A DNA stretch of 51,321 nucleotides from Candidatus Heimdallarchaeota archaeon (GTDB lineage Archaea > Asgardarchaeota > Heimdallarchaeia > Hodarchaeales > Hodarchaeaceae): NCBI GenBank assembly GCA_011364965.1, contig RDOB01000011.1:1-51321 (forward strand). The letters run 5' to 3'. Positions 1 through 9,936 of this stretch are shown here, piece after piece. Under the pieces are notes generated by a model. It worked only from the letters and a program-made list of their open reading frames with translations. It searched no databases and was not told where the DNA came from. The position numbers were made by a program, and so were the translations under genes. The stretch's first letter is position 1. Each line of letters begins with the position of its first letter.

Positions 1-1164
1 AAGGAAAAAAAGCAATTAGTCGTAACTGATGATATTTCTATGATTTCTGAGATGGAATATGTTCTAATTGATGTCCAGACTCCAACAGATGAGAATAATG
101 TGCCGCAATACGTATCGCTTCGAGGAGTGAGTAAAGAGGTCGGAACCCATCTTAAACCTGGTACGACAGTCATCATTGAATCTACCTGTGCTCCTGGCAC
201 AACTGATTATATTGTAAAACCTATACTTGAACAGGAATCAGGTTTAACAGCTGGAAAAGACTTTTATGTGGCTTTTGCATATGAACGTGTTATGGTTGGC
301 CGTTTAATCTATAATATTCTACATTATCCACGTATAGTGGGAGGAATTGATGTAAAAAGTGCAGAGAAGGCTGCTTGGTTGTATAAACAAGTTCTCAAAA
401 GCAAGATTATTGAAACAACAGCTTTAACTGCAGAGCTTGCAAAAGTAGTGGAGAATACATACCGTGATGTCAACATTGCCTTTGCTAATGAGGTTGCACT
501 AGTCTGTGATTCTCTTGGGGTAGATGTTCATGAGGTTCGCTCCTTAGTTAATAATTTACCTTTTATCGAAGGAAAAGGTAATCCTCATCGGAATATGCAT
601 GTTCCAGGAGCCGGAGTAGGGGGTCATTGTCTTCCTAAAGATCCTTGGTTACTGAAATATGGAGTAGTTCAGTATGGAAAGAAACCTGTGCCATTGAATG
701 TTATTGAAGCCAGTCGTTATCGAAACATTGACATGCCTAAACATGTAGTTGAACTCCTTGAAGACAAGCTACACTCTATTGGAAAACATATTCCCTCCAA
801 GATTAAAATCGCAGTATTAGGTGTAGCTTTCATCGAAGACTCTGATGATCCTCGAAATACCCCCACAAGAGATCTCATAAAAATCCTAAAAGAGAAACAG
901 TTCCAAACAGCAATTCATGACCCGTACGTTAGGCCAGAAGAAGTGGAATTTGACTTTTCTAATAATCTAGAAGATGTTGTAGGAAATGCTGATGCCTTAA
1001 TCATAATGACTGCGCATGAATCTTATAAAAACCAAGATTTAGACTATATAAAATCCTTAATGGCCAAGGATCCTATTTTCATTGATGGTCGAACTACTTT
1101 TAAGCCTGAAACTGTAATTAAACACGGTTTTATCTATAAAAGTGTAGGAAGAGGACAATATTAG
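1..1164 (+). CDS. Nucleotide-sugar dehydrogenase (UDP-ManNAc/UDP-GlcNAc 6-dehydrogenase, WecC/WbpA family), 5'-truncated
   Basis: Frame is open from base 1, so the N-terminal Rossmann motif lies upstream of the window. Motifs IESTCAPGTT, AELAKVVENTYRDVNIAFANE, catalytic PGAGVGGHCLPKDP and C-terminal LGVAF..DSDDPRNTP. Confidence 0.92.
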   Translation, partial: KEKKQLVVTDDISMISEMEYVLIDVQTPTDENNVPQYVSLRGVSKEVGTHLKPGTTVIIESTCAPGTTDYIVKPILEQESGLTAGKDFYVAFAYERVMVGRLIYNILHYPRIVGGIDVKSAEKAAWLYKQVLKSKIIETTALTAELAKVVENTYRDVNIAFANEVALVCDSLGVDVHEVRSLVNNLPFIEGKGNPHRNMHVPGAGVGGHCLPKDPWLLKYGVVQYGKKPVPLNVIEASRYRNIDMPKHVVELLEDKLHSIGKHIPSKIKIAVLGVAFIEDSDDPRNTPTRDLIKILKEKQFQTAIHDPYVRPEEVEFDFSNNLEDVVGNADALIIMTAHESYKNQDLDYIKSLMAKDPIFIDGRTTFKPETVIKHGFIYKSVGRGQY

Positions 1165-1424
1165 AAATCGAAGGTATACTGTTCTATTCCATTAGAAACC
1201 ATTCTATTTCCCATCAATATATAGAATTAAGTTTAATCTTGATTCCAATTTTAAATTCTTAAATCACTTCAATTGAATGAATGGTTCTATAAAGTTAACT
1301 CTGAAGAGTTTGCTGAGATGTTAAATTTCATTAAAAACTAAGAAAAGAATATACAATTTAAGCATAATTAGGCAATTTTTCCTTCTTATATGAATTCTTT
1401 CTTACCAAAAGGTCGTTTAAAAAA

Positions 1425-2027
1425 ATGTTTGACAATATTCTTGTGCTTAGCCCGCATACTGATGATGGAGAGCTTGGTTGTGGAGGAACAATACATAAAT
1501 TTCATAAAAAAGGCAGTCACATCCGATTCATTGCATTTTCTTGGTGTGACAATGAACATCTAAAAGAAGAAGTTCATGAGAGTACAGCAATTCTGGGCGT
1601 TGACCAATTAGATATCTTAAATTTCTCTAGAAGGTACTTTTACCTGAAGCGGCAAGAAATTCTTGATTATTTATATAAAATCACTGTATCAGAAGATGTA
1701 GATTTAGTGCTTACTAATTCAACCCGTGATTTACATCAGGATCACCAAGTTATCTGCAATGAAGCGGTGAGAGCATTCAAAACAGCAAGTATTTGGGGAT
1801 TTGAAATGCCCTGGAATAACATCATATTTCAAACCAATTGTTTCGTTAATCTCTCTAAAGAGAATATGCAACAAAAAATTAAAGCGTTGAATTGTTATAA
1901 AACCCAACGCGGACGAAGTTATTTTTCTGAAGAATTTCAATGGGGAGTAGCTCGTACAAGAGGTCTACAAGTTAAAACTGAATATGCAGAAGCTTTTGAA
2001 GTAATAAAAATCGTTGTTAAAGAGTAA
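1425..2027 (+). CDS. PIG-L/LmbE-family N-acetyl-sugar deacetylase
   Basis: SPHTDDGELGCGGTI and DLHQDH metal-binding motifs; KIKALNCYKTQ; AEAFEV C-terminus. Confidence 0.92.
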   Translation: MFDNILVLSPHTDDGELGCGGTIHKFHKKGSHIRFIAFSWCDNEHLKEEVHESTAILGVDQLDILNFSRRYFYLKRQEILDYLYKITVSEDVDLVLTNSTRDLHQDHQVICNEAVRAFKTASIWGFEMPWNNIIFQTNCFVNLSKENMQQKIKALNCYKTQRGRSYFSEEFQWGVARTRGLQVKTEYAEAFEVIKIVVKE

Positions 2028-2043
2028 GAGGATTTATTTACTG

Positions 2044-3099
2044 ATGAAAGATATTAATGTTCTAGTTACAGCCTGTGGATGCCCAGGAGCATCTACTCTA
2101 ATCAAATCCCTTAAGAATATAAAAGAGCGAAAAATCCGAGTAGTGGGAACTGATATGGATCGGGAGGCTATTGGGAGGTTTTTTTCTGACTCCTTTCATC
2201 AAGTTCCTCCTGCTACTGATGAGAATTATATTCCATTCATTCAAAATGTCTGTAATAAAGAAAACATTGACGTAATATTACCCGAATCGAGTACTCAAGT
2301 CCTTAAGTATGCCTTTGCTAAAGAAGAATTCGAGGAAATGGGAGTGAAAGTCATTGTAGCTAATCCTGAACCTATAAAGATGAGTGATAACAAATACTTG
2401 ATGTATGAAACACTAAAAAAACAAACTTCCCTTCCTCTACCTAAATATACCTGGCCTAGATCTCTTGATGAATTTATTACCTCTGCGGAAAAGTTGGGTT
2501 ACCCCGAATCTCCAATATGTTTCAAACCACACGTAGCTAAGGGAAGTCGCGGTTTTAGAATCATTGATGCTAAAATTAATCGAAAAAGTCTTCTCCTAGA
2601 CTATAAACCTAATAGTCGCTATTTGACATTAGATGATTTTATCTCAATTTTCGAAAATGAACCCAATTTTCCTGATTTACTATTAATGGAGTATATTAAT
2701 GGGAATGAAATAACTAGTGATTGTTTAGCGTTAAATGGTCAAGCTTTATTAACATCTATTAAGAGTGTGGAACAAGCAAGATGGGGAGTTATTGTTCGTG
2801 GAGAATTGTTGAATCATTCTAAAGCTATTCAGCAAACTCAAGAGATTATTAAGTGTATTCCTGTAGATTACAATTCTAATATTCAATTTATTGATCCTCC
2901 TGAAGGAGATCCGCTATTGATTGAGATTAATCCTCGTGTTTCAACTTTTATTTATCAATCAGATTTAATTCAGCCATACCTCTCAATTAAATTGGCATTG
3001 GGGGAAGAAACACCCATGTCTATAAAATCTTACCAGAATAAGATAGCTATCGGTAGAAGAATGATACGGTACATGGATCAAGTGTTTTATAACCCCTAA
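2044..3099 (+). CDS. ATP-grasp amidoligase (carbamoyl-phosphate-synthase-like, polysaccharide-associated)
   Basis: N-terminal NVLVTACG; DNKY; FKPHVAKGSRGF; MEYINGNE; IEINPR. ATG 2044 preferred over TTG 2014, which overlaps the upstream gene. Confidence 0.88.
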   Translation: MKDINVLVTACGCPGASTLIKSLKNIKERKIRVVGTDMDREAIGRFFSDSFHQVPPATDENYIPFIQNVCNKENIDVILPESSTQVLKYAFAKEEFEEMGVKVIVANPEPIKMSDNKYLMYETLKKQTSLPLPKYTWPRSLDEFITSAEKLGYPESPICFKPHVAKGSRGFRIIDAKINRKSLLLDYKPNSRYLTLDDFISIFENEPNFPDLLLMEYINGNEITSDCLALNGQALLTSIKSVEQARWGVIVRGELLNHSKAIQQTQEIIKCIPVDYNSNIQFIDPPEGDPLLIEINPRVSTFIYQSDLIQPYLSIKLALGEETPMSIKSYQNKIAIGRRMIRYMDQVFYNP

Positions 3100-3127
3100 A
3101 CTCTTTGCATTGGTGAGGAATGCTACG

Positions 3128-4651
3128 ATGGACCAAAAGAGAGTAAATATATCGAAAAAATTTGTTAATTCAACTATTTTAGCTTGGGTTCGTCTTATAT
3201 TAGTTCGCGGTTCCTCTATAATCTATCTAATCATTATTGCGCGCTTGTTAACTCAAGCTGAATTAGGAAGAGTTACCTCTATTGCTATTGGTACCTCTTT
3301 TCTCTCAGGGATTATAACTCCTTGGATAGCTTATGTATTACATCAAAAAGCGTTATCTTTACCAACGGAAGAGGAACCTTGGCATATTAGTTATCAATTT
3401 CTCTCTTATGGCATCATTATCACTTTCATTTTCAATCCAATACTTTCTTTTCTCTATTTGGGATCAATTGGAGAAGCACTCTTCTCTGAAACTGGGATTC
3501 TCTTCTTATTGATCTGCATCACCTTATCTTTTTTTCAACTCTTACTCGGCCATAATCGCGCATTTCTCAAAATTGAATATAATATTATCATAATTGCAGC
3601 TCAATCGATATCAAACTTCTTTTTTGCCATATTTTTTTATCTCTTATCTCATTCTATTATAGCTATTTACTGGGGCTGGCTAATTAGTGATCTATTGATT
3701 ATAGGGGTGTTATTAATGAGAAGTGGCCTTTCTCTTAATCCGAAACATTATTTACCTGATTTTCCCACTCGGGAAATTATTCAATTTTCTTTACCAGTAT
3801 TTTTTTTATATTTATTTAGAAGCTCTCGCGGTTTTATTGATGATTATTTTGTTCTCTTATTCTTTGGAGAAGAACAGCTCGCTCTATACCATTATCTTAA
3901 AAGAATAGTTGCGATTGCTTCCGAAGCAGTTTTGGCCTTACTAGTGTCATTTATGCCATTAATGACTAAAATTCTTACGATTAGACCTGAAAGAAAGTTA
4001 TTTGCTTTTGAGGGTATTATTAAGATTCTTATGCACTTTCTAATCTTCGGAATTCCTCTCCTAATCTTTTGTCCAGAACCTCTGATTGAAATTATCTTGG
4101 GGGACCAATATTTAAGCCCAAATTCAATGTTAATCATGGTTTTTCTTGGAATAGGGTTATTTTTCACTACAATGAATACTTTAATCATCCGATTTAAAGG
4201 AGCAAGAGGAGATGTTTACACGATGCTTGGTTTTTCTACTATTGATATTGTATTTGAAGTTGGGTTTTTAGTAGTACTTGTATTTCTTGGATTTCAAAGT
4301 TATGAATCTGTTGGAGTTGCATTTTCAATAACATTAGCTGTAATTTGTTCTTTTCTAGTAATGGCGTACAGGACCGAGGAGATAAGGAAAATTTCTCAAA
4401 AAACTGTTATTAAATTAATATTAATTGGTTTGATTCAGATAGTTTGGATTGGATCATTATCCTTTTTGATGGGAAAAATCGATTTAGTTGAATTTAGTGT
4501 GATTACCTTGATCGCAGCGGTTAGCACGGTCTTCCTTTCTTCTATGTTTGGTTTGATCACCGATGAAGAATTTAAAATTATTACAAGAGGAACTAGTCAT
4601 AAAATTAATCCATACATAAATCTTTATAAGCGATTTAAGATCTTCAATTAA
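3128..4651 (+). CDS. Oligosaccharide flippase (Wzx/MOP family)
   Basis: About 12-14 hydrophobic segments; IIARLLTQAELG, FSLP, ID...LFFGEEQLALY pattern typical of Wzx; lies in the glycan cluster. Confidence 0.85.
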   Translation: MDQKRVNISKKFVNSTILAWVRLILVRGSSIIYLIIIARLLTQAELGRVTSIAIGTSFLSGIITPWIAYVLHQKALSLPTEEEPWHISYQFLSYGIIITFIFNPILSFLYLGSIGEALFSETGILFLLICITLSFFQLLLGHNRAFLKIEYNIIIIAAQSISNFFFAIFFYLLSHSIIAIYWGWLISDLLIIGVLLMRSGLSLNPKHYLPDFPTREIIQFSLPVFFLYLFRSSRGFIDDYFVLLFFGEEQLALYHYLKRIVAIASEAVLALLVSFMPLMTKILTIRPERKLFAFEGIIKILMHFLIFGIPLLIFCPEPLIEIILGDQYLSPNSMLIMVFLGIGLFFTTMNTLIIRFKGARGDVYTMLGFSTIDIVFEVGFLVVLVFLGFQSYESVGVAFSITLAVICSFLVMAYRTEEIRKISQKTVIKLILIGLIQIVWIGSLSFLMGKIDLVEFSVITLIAAVSTVFLSSMFGLITDEEFKIITRGTSHKINPYINLYKRFKIFN

Positions 4652-4734
4652 CCTTAACAGCTATATCTAGCCCTTTAATCTTATAAAAATCCAGTTTCTT
4701 CTATTAAAATGTAATTTGTACTAGTGAAAACATA

Positions 4735-4789
4735 ATTTGAATGATTCTCAATTAAAAGATTTCATTTGAATGATTTTCAATTCAAAAAG
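4735..4789. repeat. Two-copy ~29-nt direct repeat, each copy containing TTGA-N7-TCAA
   Basis: ATTTGAATGATTCTCAATTAAAAG (4735-4758) and ATTTGAATGATTTTCAATTCAAAAAG (4764-4789), between convergent genes. Confidence 0.7.
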
Positions 4790-4808
4790 CATAATTAAGA
4801 TTCTAGTT

Positions 4809-5909
4809 TTAAAGCAAATCATATGCTTCACCAATTATTGGTATTAGAGATTCCCATATTAAGTTTTGTTTGGCAAAATCTTGTATTCTGGATGGTTGAT
4901 TTGCTAAAAATTCTTTATTCTCTTTTAGTGGCTCTATATATTCACTTAGTTGTATAAATGAAGGGATTATTAACGCCATATCCCCAAATAAGCGAACTAA
5001 ACTCGTCATATCCTCCAAAAGAACTGGAGTTACTCCACAATGAGCATATTGGAATATTCTATTTGGACTGATGTATTTTAGGTACCCATGCTTCACCTTG
5101 GGTTTTGGGGTTTCAATAAACCCTAAATGATGTTTAGGAAGGATATGGTAGAGTTCATAATATGGTTTAACTCCCATGTAATCAAAGCTACTAATACTTT
5201 TATCTGCCTTTCCAATGATTGTGGTTGGACAATTTAATGCTTTAATTCTTACCGATAAATCATTGACTGCTTCTCGTTCGTATGAAGCTCTTCCTTTGGC
5301 AATCAATACAAGACTTAATTCATCTCTTGATTGTTGAAGTGGTGATAGATATTCAAGTTCATAAATAGAAGGATAATTAGGAACTGTAAAAGTAGGTTGA
5401 CCATAATAGGAATGTTCAGAAGCGATTGTATCACTTACAGTAAGAATTACTGACGCTTTTTGTAAGATTTGTTTTTCCCATTTGGGGTAAATTGTTTTAA
5501 CCAGTGGATTAGTAATAATACGTTTAAAAGATTCCATTTGTCTGAATAAAATTTGTTTTGACCAATATTCGTGGTCATCATAAATAAAATCGATTCCTAA
5601 ATCAGAACACACCTTTGCTGGAACAATATCATGAGCATGGACAATATCGGGATTGATAGTGGAGTATACCTTTTCAAAATCCTCTTTATATTTCTTGAAA
5701 TATGGGTGAATACCAATTAAGGCTAAATCGTTTGAACTAATTAAGAATTCTTGATCGAATAACTCTGTTTCTGGGAAATTTTTACTCTCTCGAAAAAACT
5801 TCCCGCAAAAAAACACTTCTTGCCCCTGATTTTGTTGAATGTACGCATATTTTTCAATTCTGGAATCAGGGATGCCTTTAGACGAGAAATGAAGAATTTT
5901 AAATTTCAA
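4809..5909 (-). CDS. Glycosyltransferase family 4 (GT-B)
   Basis: DSRIEK, PDIVHAHD, IYDDHEYW, TVSDTIA, NYP and SPNRIFQYAHCG (donor-binding P-N-K/R-x-x-E/Q-Y motif). TTG start after AAGGAG. Confidence 0.85.
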   Translation of the reverse strand: MKFKILHFSSKGIPDSRIEKYAYIQQNQGQEVFFCGKFFRESKNFPETELFDQEFLISSNDLALIGIHPYFKKYKEDFEKVYSTINPDIVHAHDIVPAKVCSDLGIDFIYDDHEYWSKQILFRQMESFKRIITNPLVKTIYPKWEKQILQKASVILTVSDTIASEHSYYGQPTFTVPNYPSIYELEYLSPLQQSRDELSLVLIAKGRASYEREAVNDLSVRIKALNCPTTIIGKADKSISSFDYMGVKPYYELYHILPKHHLGFIETPKPKVKHGYLKYISPNRIFQYAHCGVTPVLLEDMTSLVRLFGDMALIIPSFIQLSEYIEPLKENKEFLANQPSRIQDFAKQNLIWESLIPIIGEAYDLL

Positions 5910-5950
5910 TGACTCCTTTTATCTACCTTTTTTTAGATGATTATTCGAAT

Positions 5951-6769
5951 TCATTTCTTTATATCGAAATTGTTTGTAATGCTTTTCTGGACTTCTTCTT
6001 CCAATAATTCTAAAACCTTACTTCGAATATGTAGATATTCATCACTATCAAAGCTCCGAGGTCGAGGGATATCCACATCAATTATTCCTTTTACTTTGCC
6101 AGGTCGTGAGGTAAATACAAAGATTCGATCTGCTAAAAAGGTTGCTTCAATAACAGAGTGAGTAACGAACACAACTGTTTTCTTTTCTTCTTCTTTCCCA
6201 ATTTCTAACCAAAGACGAGTCAATTCTTTCTGCATTAATTTCCGTGTTTGGGCATCAAGGGATCCAAAGGGCTCATCCATTAATAGGATCTCTGGATGAT
6301 AGGCTAATGCTCTAGCAATAGCAACTCGTTGTTTCATTCCTCCCGAAAGTGTATGAGGATAGGCATTTTCGAAACCAGCCAGTCCAACAAGATCAACATA
6401 ATGTTGTGCTTGTTTTTCAGCTTCTTTTCGTCGAATTCCAGCTCTCTCAAGCCCAAACGTCACATTGGATAAGACCGTACGCCAAGGAAACAATGCATAT
6501 TCTTGAAAGACAATTCCTCTGTCTGGTCCTGGTTTATTGATTGGAACACCATTAAGCAGCAATTCCCCCTTTGTTGGCTTTTCAAAACCTGCCAACATGT
6601 ACAAGAATGTGGATTTCCCGCATCCACTAGGGCCAACAACCACGTTAAATTCACCGGCCTTCATGGACAATGATAAATCTTCTAAAGCGAATACTTCCTC
6701 TTTTCCATCGCCAAATTTTTTTTCTAAATTAATAGCCTCGATTTTAGGCCTTGACATTGACGTATTCAT
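5951..6769 (-). CDS. ABC transporter ATP-binding subunit, NitT/TauT (TauB/SsuB) family
   Basis: Walker A GPSGCGKST, VFQEYALFPW, LSGGMKQR, LLMDEPF, VTHS. ATG 6769 overlaps the permease stop (ATGA). Confidence 0.96.
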   Translation of the reverse strand: MNTSMSRPKIEAINLEKKFGDGKEEVFALEDLSLSMKAGEFNVVVGPSGCGKSTFLYMLAGFEKPTKGELLLNGVPINKPGPDRGIVFQEYALFPWRTVLSNVTFGLERAGIRRKEAEKQAQHYVDLVGLAGFENAYPHTLSGGMKQRVAIARALAYHPEILLMDEPFGSLDAQTRKLMQKELTRLWLEIGKEEEKKTVVFVTHSVIEATFLADRIFVFTSRPGKVKGIIDVDIPRPRSFDSDEYLHIRSKVLELLEEEVQKSITNNFDIKK

Positions 6770-7578
6770 TGTTTTCCACCTTTTTCTTCTAATAAACCCC
6801 ATCGAAGAACAGTGGCTTTTTCTAAAGGAATAATTAGCACACGATCCATAATTAAACCCCCTAATGAGATTATTATTAGCCCTGTAAACATTACATCTAA
6901 ATTAAATCCCCATCTTGCTGCATAAATCATATGTCCTATCCCCATTGTAATTCCAGCGAGCATTTCTGCCCCTACTAAAGCTCTCCATGCGTATCCAATT
7001 GATAATCTAAGGCCAGTTAATATAGACAATAAGGCAGAGGGAAATAATACCTCAAGGAGAATGTCAATTCTATTTGATCCCATGGTTCTAGCTGCCCATA
7101 TCAATTGTTTATCTGTTCCACGAATACCATTTAATGTATTATACACAATAGGAAAAAAGCACCCCAGAAAAATTGCAGTAATAATAGTAATATCGCCTAA
7201 TCCTAAAATTATTAGTAATAGGGGAACCCAAGCTAATGTTGGGACTGGAATGAGTAAAGCTAGGATCGGATTCAAAGTATTATAGATAAAACGATTTAAT
7301 CCCATTAGAATACCTATTGATATCCCAATAATAACCCCAAGAGAATATCCCATGAAAATATGGTAAAGACTCCGAATTATATGATCAATTAATGAGGGTC
7401 GTCTATTTAACAGTAAATTGAAAAATGTAAAGAATAATTGACTTGGAGGAGGAAATAAAATAGGATCCAGAATAGTAAAAAAAGCAAGAATCTCCCAAAG
7501 AATTGCTCCAATAAGAAATGGAATAACTATACTATATTTTTGCCATTTATTTTCCCCTTTTTGACTAGGTTTACTCAT
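6766..7578 (-). CDS. ABC transporter permease, TauC/SsuC family
   Basis: LFPPPSQ, PVPTLAWVPL, AARTMGS (EAA loop), AWRALVGAEM. Confidence 0.95.
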   Translation of the reverse strand: MSKPSQKGENKWQKYSIVIPFLIGAILWEILAFFTILDPILFPPPSQLFFTFFNLLLNRRPSLIDHIIRSLYHIFMGYSLGVIIGISIGILMGLNRFIYNTLNPILALLIPVPTLAWVPLLLIILGLGDITIITAIFLGCFFPIVYNTLNGIRGTDKQLIWAARTMGSNRIDILLEVLFPSALLSILTGLRLSIGYAWRALVGAEMLAGITMGIGHMIYAARWGFNLDVMFTGLIIISLGGLIMDRVLIIPLEKATVLRWGLLEEKGGKQ

Positions 7579-8434
7579 AAAATACCCCCATATCCGTCAT
7601 TCCCCATTTCTCGATTGTTTGTTTTTCTAGTAATCTGAGAAGAAGTTCAATCATAAAATATAGTATTGCTAGTACAAAAATCCCCCCATAAATCTTATAG
7701 GGTTGTAAAAATTCTCTTGCTGTGAATATCATAACCCCTAATCCAGCAGAAGCGCTGGATATCAACTCTACTGCTATTATTGTTCTCCAAGCGCGAGCTA
7801 AACCCAGTTTAAAACCAGTAAAAAGGAACGGGAAGGAGTTGGGTAACAGTACATGCAAGAATAATGAAAGATCATTAGCTCCCATCGACTTTGAGGCCCA
7901 AACCATTTTTTTATCAACAGATGTTGTTGATATACTTACATTTTGAATTATTGGAAACAAGGCAGCAATAAAACCCACAGCAATTAAAGTACTATCTCCA
8001 AAACCCAACCAAACCAAAAAAATGGGGGCCCACGCAATACCTGGTATTGGCAAGAATGTTGTGAGAATAACATTAAGAAATCTAAAGATGAAAGGATTAG
8101 TACCCATTATTAAACCGATTAGAATTCCTACAATTGACGCTAGAACGAATGATACAACTAACCTATTAATACTTGAAATGATATCCAATATTAATGTGCC
8201 AACATATAGAGAATCACCAGTGATAATTGTAACTAATGGAAGATCTATATCAATTTTTACCATATCTACAAAAGCCATAGTATAAATCGTCGAGAGAATC
8301 TTTGAGGGACGAGAAAAAAGTGCTGGATCTAATACATGTACGTAAGATAAGGCTTCCCACGCTAGTAGAAAGAGAAGTATTGGAGTAATTGCTGTTAAAA
8401 TTTGTTTAAGATTTTTTCCCTGTAGAACCATCAT
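7571..8434 (-). CDS. ABC transporter permease, TauC/SsuC family (second paralogue)
   Basis: PIPGIAWAPI, ASKSMGA, AWRTIIAVEL, GLG; operonic with the first permease. Confidence 0.95.
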   Translation of the reverse strand: MMVLQGKNLKQILTAITPILLFLLAWEALSYVHVLDPALFSRPSKILSTIYTMAFVDMVKIDIDLPLVTIITGDSLYVGTLILDIISSINRLVVSFVLASIVGILIGLIMGTNPFIFRFLNVILTTFLPIPGIAWAPIFLVWLGFGDSTLIAVGFIAALFPIIQNVSISTTSVDKKMVWASKSMGANDLSLFLHVLLPNSFPFLFTGFKLGLARAWRTIIAVELISSASAGLGVMIFTAREFLQPYKIYGGIFVLAILYFMIELLLRLLEKQTIEKWGMTDMGVFYE

Positions 8435-8543
8435 CTTTTTTTGATCCTGTGAGAACTCTCTTGATATGGATCGATTTTATAACATTGATTTTAAATTTCC
8501 TCCAAAATTAAGAAACAGAAAAAAGAAAAAGGGAGGAAAGGAA

Positions 8544-9770
8544 TTAAGATCGCATTCCACTTTTTTGATTGCATATAAAATTCTCTAGAAATATGAAACA
8601 TTCTTCAATCAAAGAATTCCAAAGAGGGACTTCCCGATTCAGATTTGAATTTTTAAGGCCATATTTCTGTACAAGAATCTCTGCTAGTTGTAATGTTGAT
8701 TCACTAGAGGGAATCGAATCTTTAATTCCATCTGGGCCAACCCAATCCTCAATATTTGTTGTGTGTGTGAGATTTTGAAGCTCATGCGCGGCTTCAAGAA
8801 AACGCGTATCATATTCTAAGTTAACAGTTTGATTTAAGAAGGCAGCGGTCTTCTCAATATCAGCGATAATAGATTCATTGAAATCGATACTATAATCAAT
8901 TCTTATATAGAGATCCTCAAAAGCGGAGGCGGACACTTCGCTCCCTACTTCTTCCGAACTCGCTGCAGCAATTGTTGCAGCCTCTGTTCTTTGATTTTGA
9001 ATCATCTCCATTTTATCAAGATGTGCCGCGAGAAAAGCAACAATTTGCGCTGGATGTTCATAAGCAAAGCTTTTCGTGGTATGAATTGAAACAGGCACTA
9101 AAGCAATATCCCCATAAGATCTTAGAATTTTTCCAAGACCCTGGTCAACTGCGATCGCTGGAGTTGGTTCCCAATATGTAAAAGCGTCTATTTGTCCAGC
9201 TTGGAAAGCAACTAAAATTTCTTCGGCTTTCAAGGATTGCCATTCAAAATCATCAAAAGATAGGTTTAAATTATCTGGATCTTCAGAAAAATACATTTGC
9301 ATAATAGTATGAGCACCTGTCCCTTCTCGGTATCCTATTAGCTTTCCTTGAGCCTTGGTTAATTCAGTCCATGATGTGATTGAAGAATCAGCGGGGATCA
9401 CCGTAGAGTAACGATCGCCTCGTTGGACAGTACCAATGATCAGGGGTTCTATTGTTTCACTTTCCTCTGCATTATGAAAAAGCTCAATAGTTTTCGTATC
9501 AGAGCCCACATTTATTTCAATTTCCCCAGAAAGCAAAGCTTCATTATTTTCTGTCCCTGATGAGAAAAGAGTGTGTTTTACTTTGAGATCATATGTATCC
9601 CAGAACTCTGGTTTTCCTTTAAGAAGGAACTCGCAGGGGTAATACTGCCCACCATAATTTATATCAATTGGTTCACTTGGAGGATTAAAAATCATAAACC
9701 CAAATAGCCCGACATTGGCTATGGTAATGATTCCTATGATAAATGCTCCAATGATAAATCTTTGTTCCAT
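8544..9770 (-). CDS. ABC substrate-binding protein, SsuA/TauA/NMT1-like, with N-terminal membrane anchor
   Basis: N-terminal TM; FSSGTENNEALLSGEI, GTGAH, GQIDAFTYWEP; first gene of the ABC operon. Confidence 0.9.
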   Translation of the reverse strand: MEQRFIIGAFIIGIITIANVGLFGFMIFNPPSEPIDINYGGQYYPCEFLLKGKPEFWDTYDLKVKHTLFSSGTENNEALLSGEIEINVGSDTKTIELFHNAEESETIEPLIIGTVQRGDRYSTVIPADSSITSWTELTKAQGKLIGYREGTGAHTIMQMYFSEDPDNLNLSFDDFEWQSLKAEEILVAFQAGQIDAFTYWEPTPAIAVDQGLGKILRSYGDIALVPVSIHTTKSFAYEHPAQIVAFLAAHLDKMEMIQNQRTEAATIAAASSEEVGSEVSASAFEDLYIRIDYSIDFNESIIADIEKTAAFLNQTVNLEYDTRFLEAAHELQNLTHTTNIEDWVGPDGIKDSIPSSESTLQLAEILVQKYGLKNSNLNREVPLWNSLIEECFIFLENFICNQKSGMRS

Positions 9771-9800
9771 GATGAATCACAGATCAAACTAATCCGTGAA

Positions 9801-9849
9801 CATAAATAAGCTTTACCATAAGTGGGTAATGAATAACCTTATATGGCAA
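9801..9849 (-). promoter_or_regulatory. Putative TATA box and two imperfect palindromic operator sites for the ABC operon
   Basis: Minus-strand TTATTTATG about 30-40 nt before ATG 9770; adjacent TTACC-N7-GGTAA (9813-9829) and TAACC-N6-GGCAA (9834-9849). Confidence 0.45.
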
Positions 9850-9936
9850 AACCAAACCATTAACCTGTCCTATTAGATAACCTTCTTGAAAAAAATTAGA
9901 CTTATACGACTAAAAAGTATCGTATCTGAGAAATTA

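Noticed and set aside
4735-4789. Direct repeat as a CRISPR remnant
   Set aside because: Only two copies, about 5 nt apart, so no real spacer; no cas genes.
5937-9181. Several short + strand ORFs over the ABC operon
   Set aside because: Antisense shadows of well-supported genes; no motifs.
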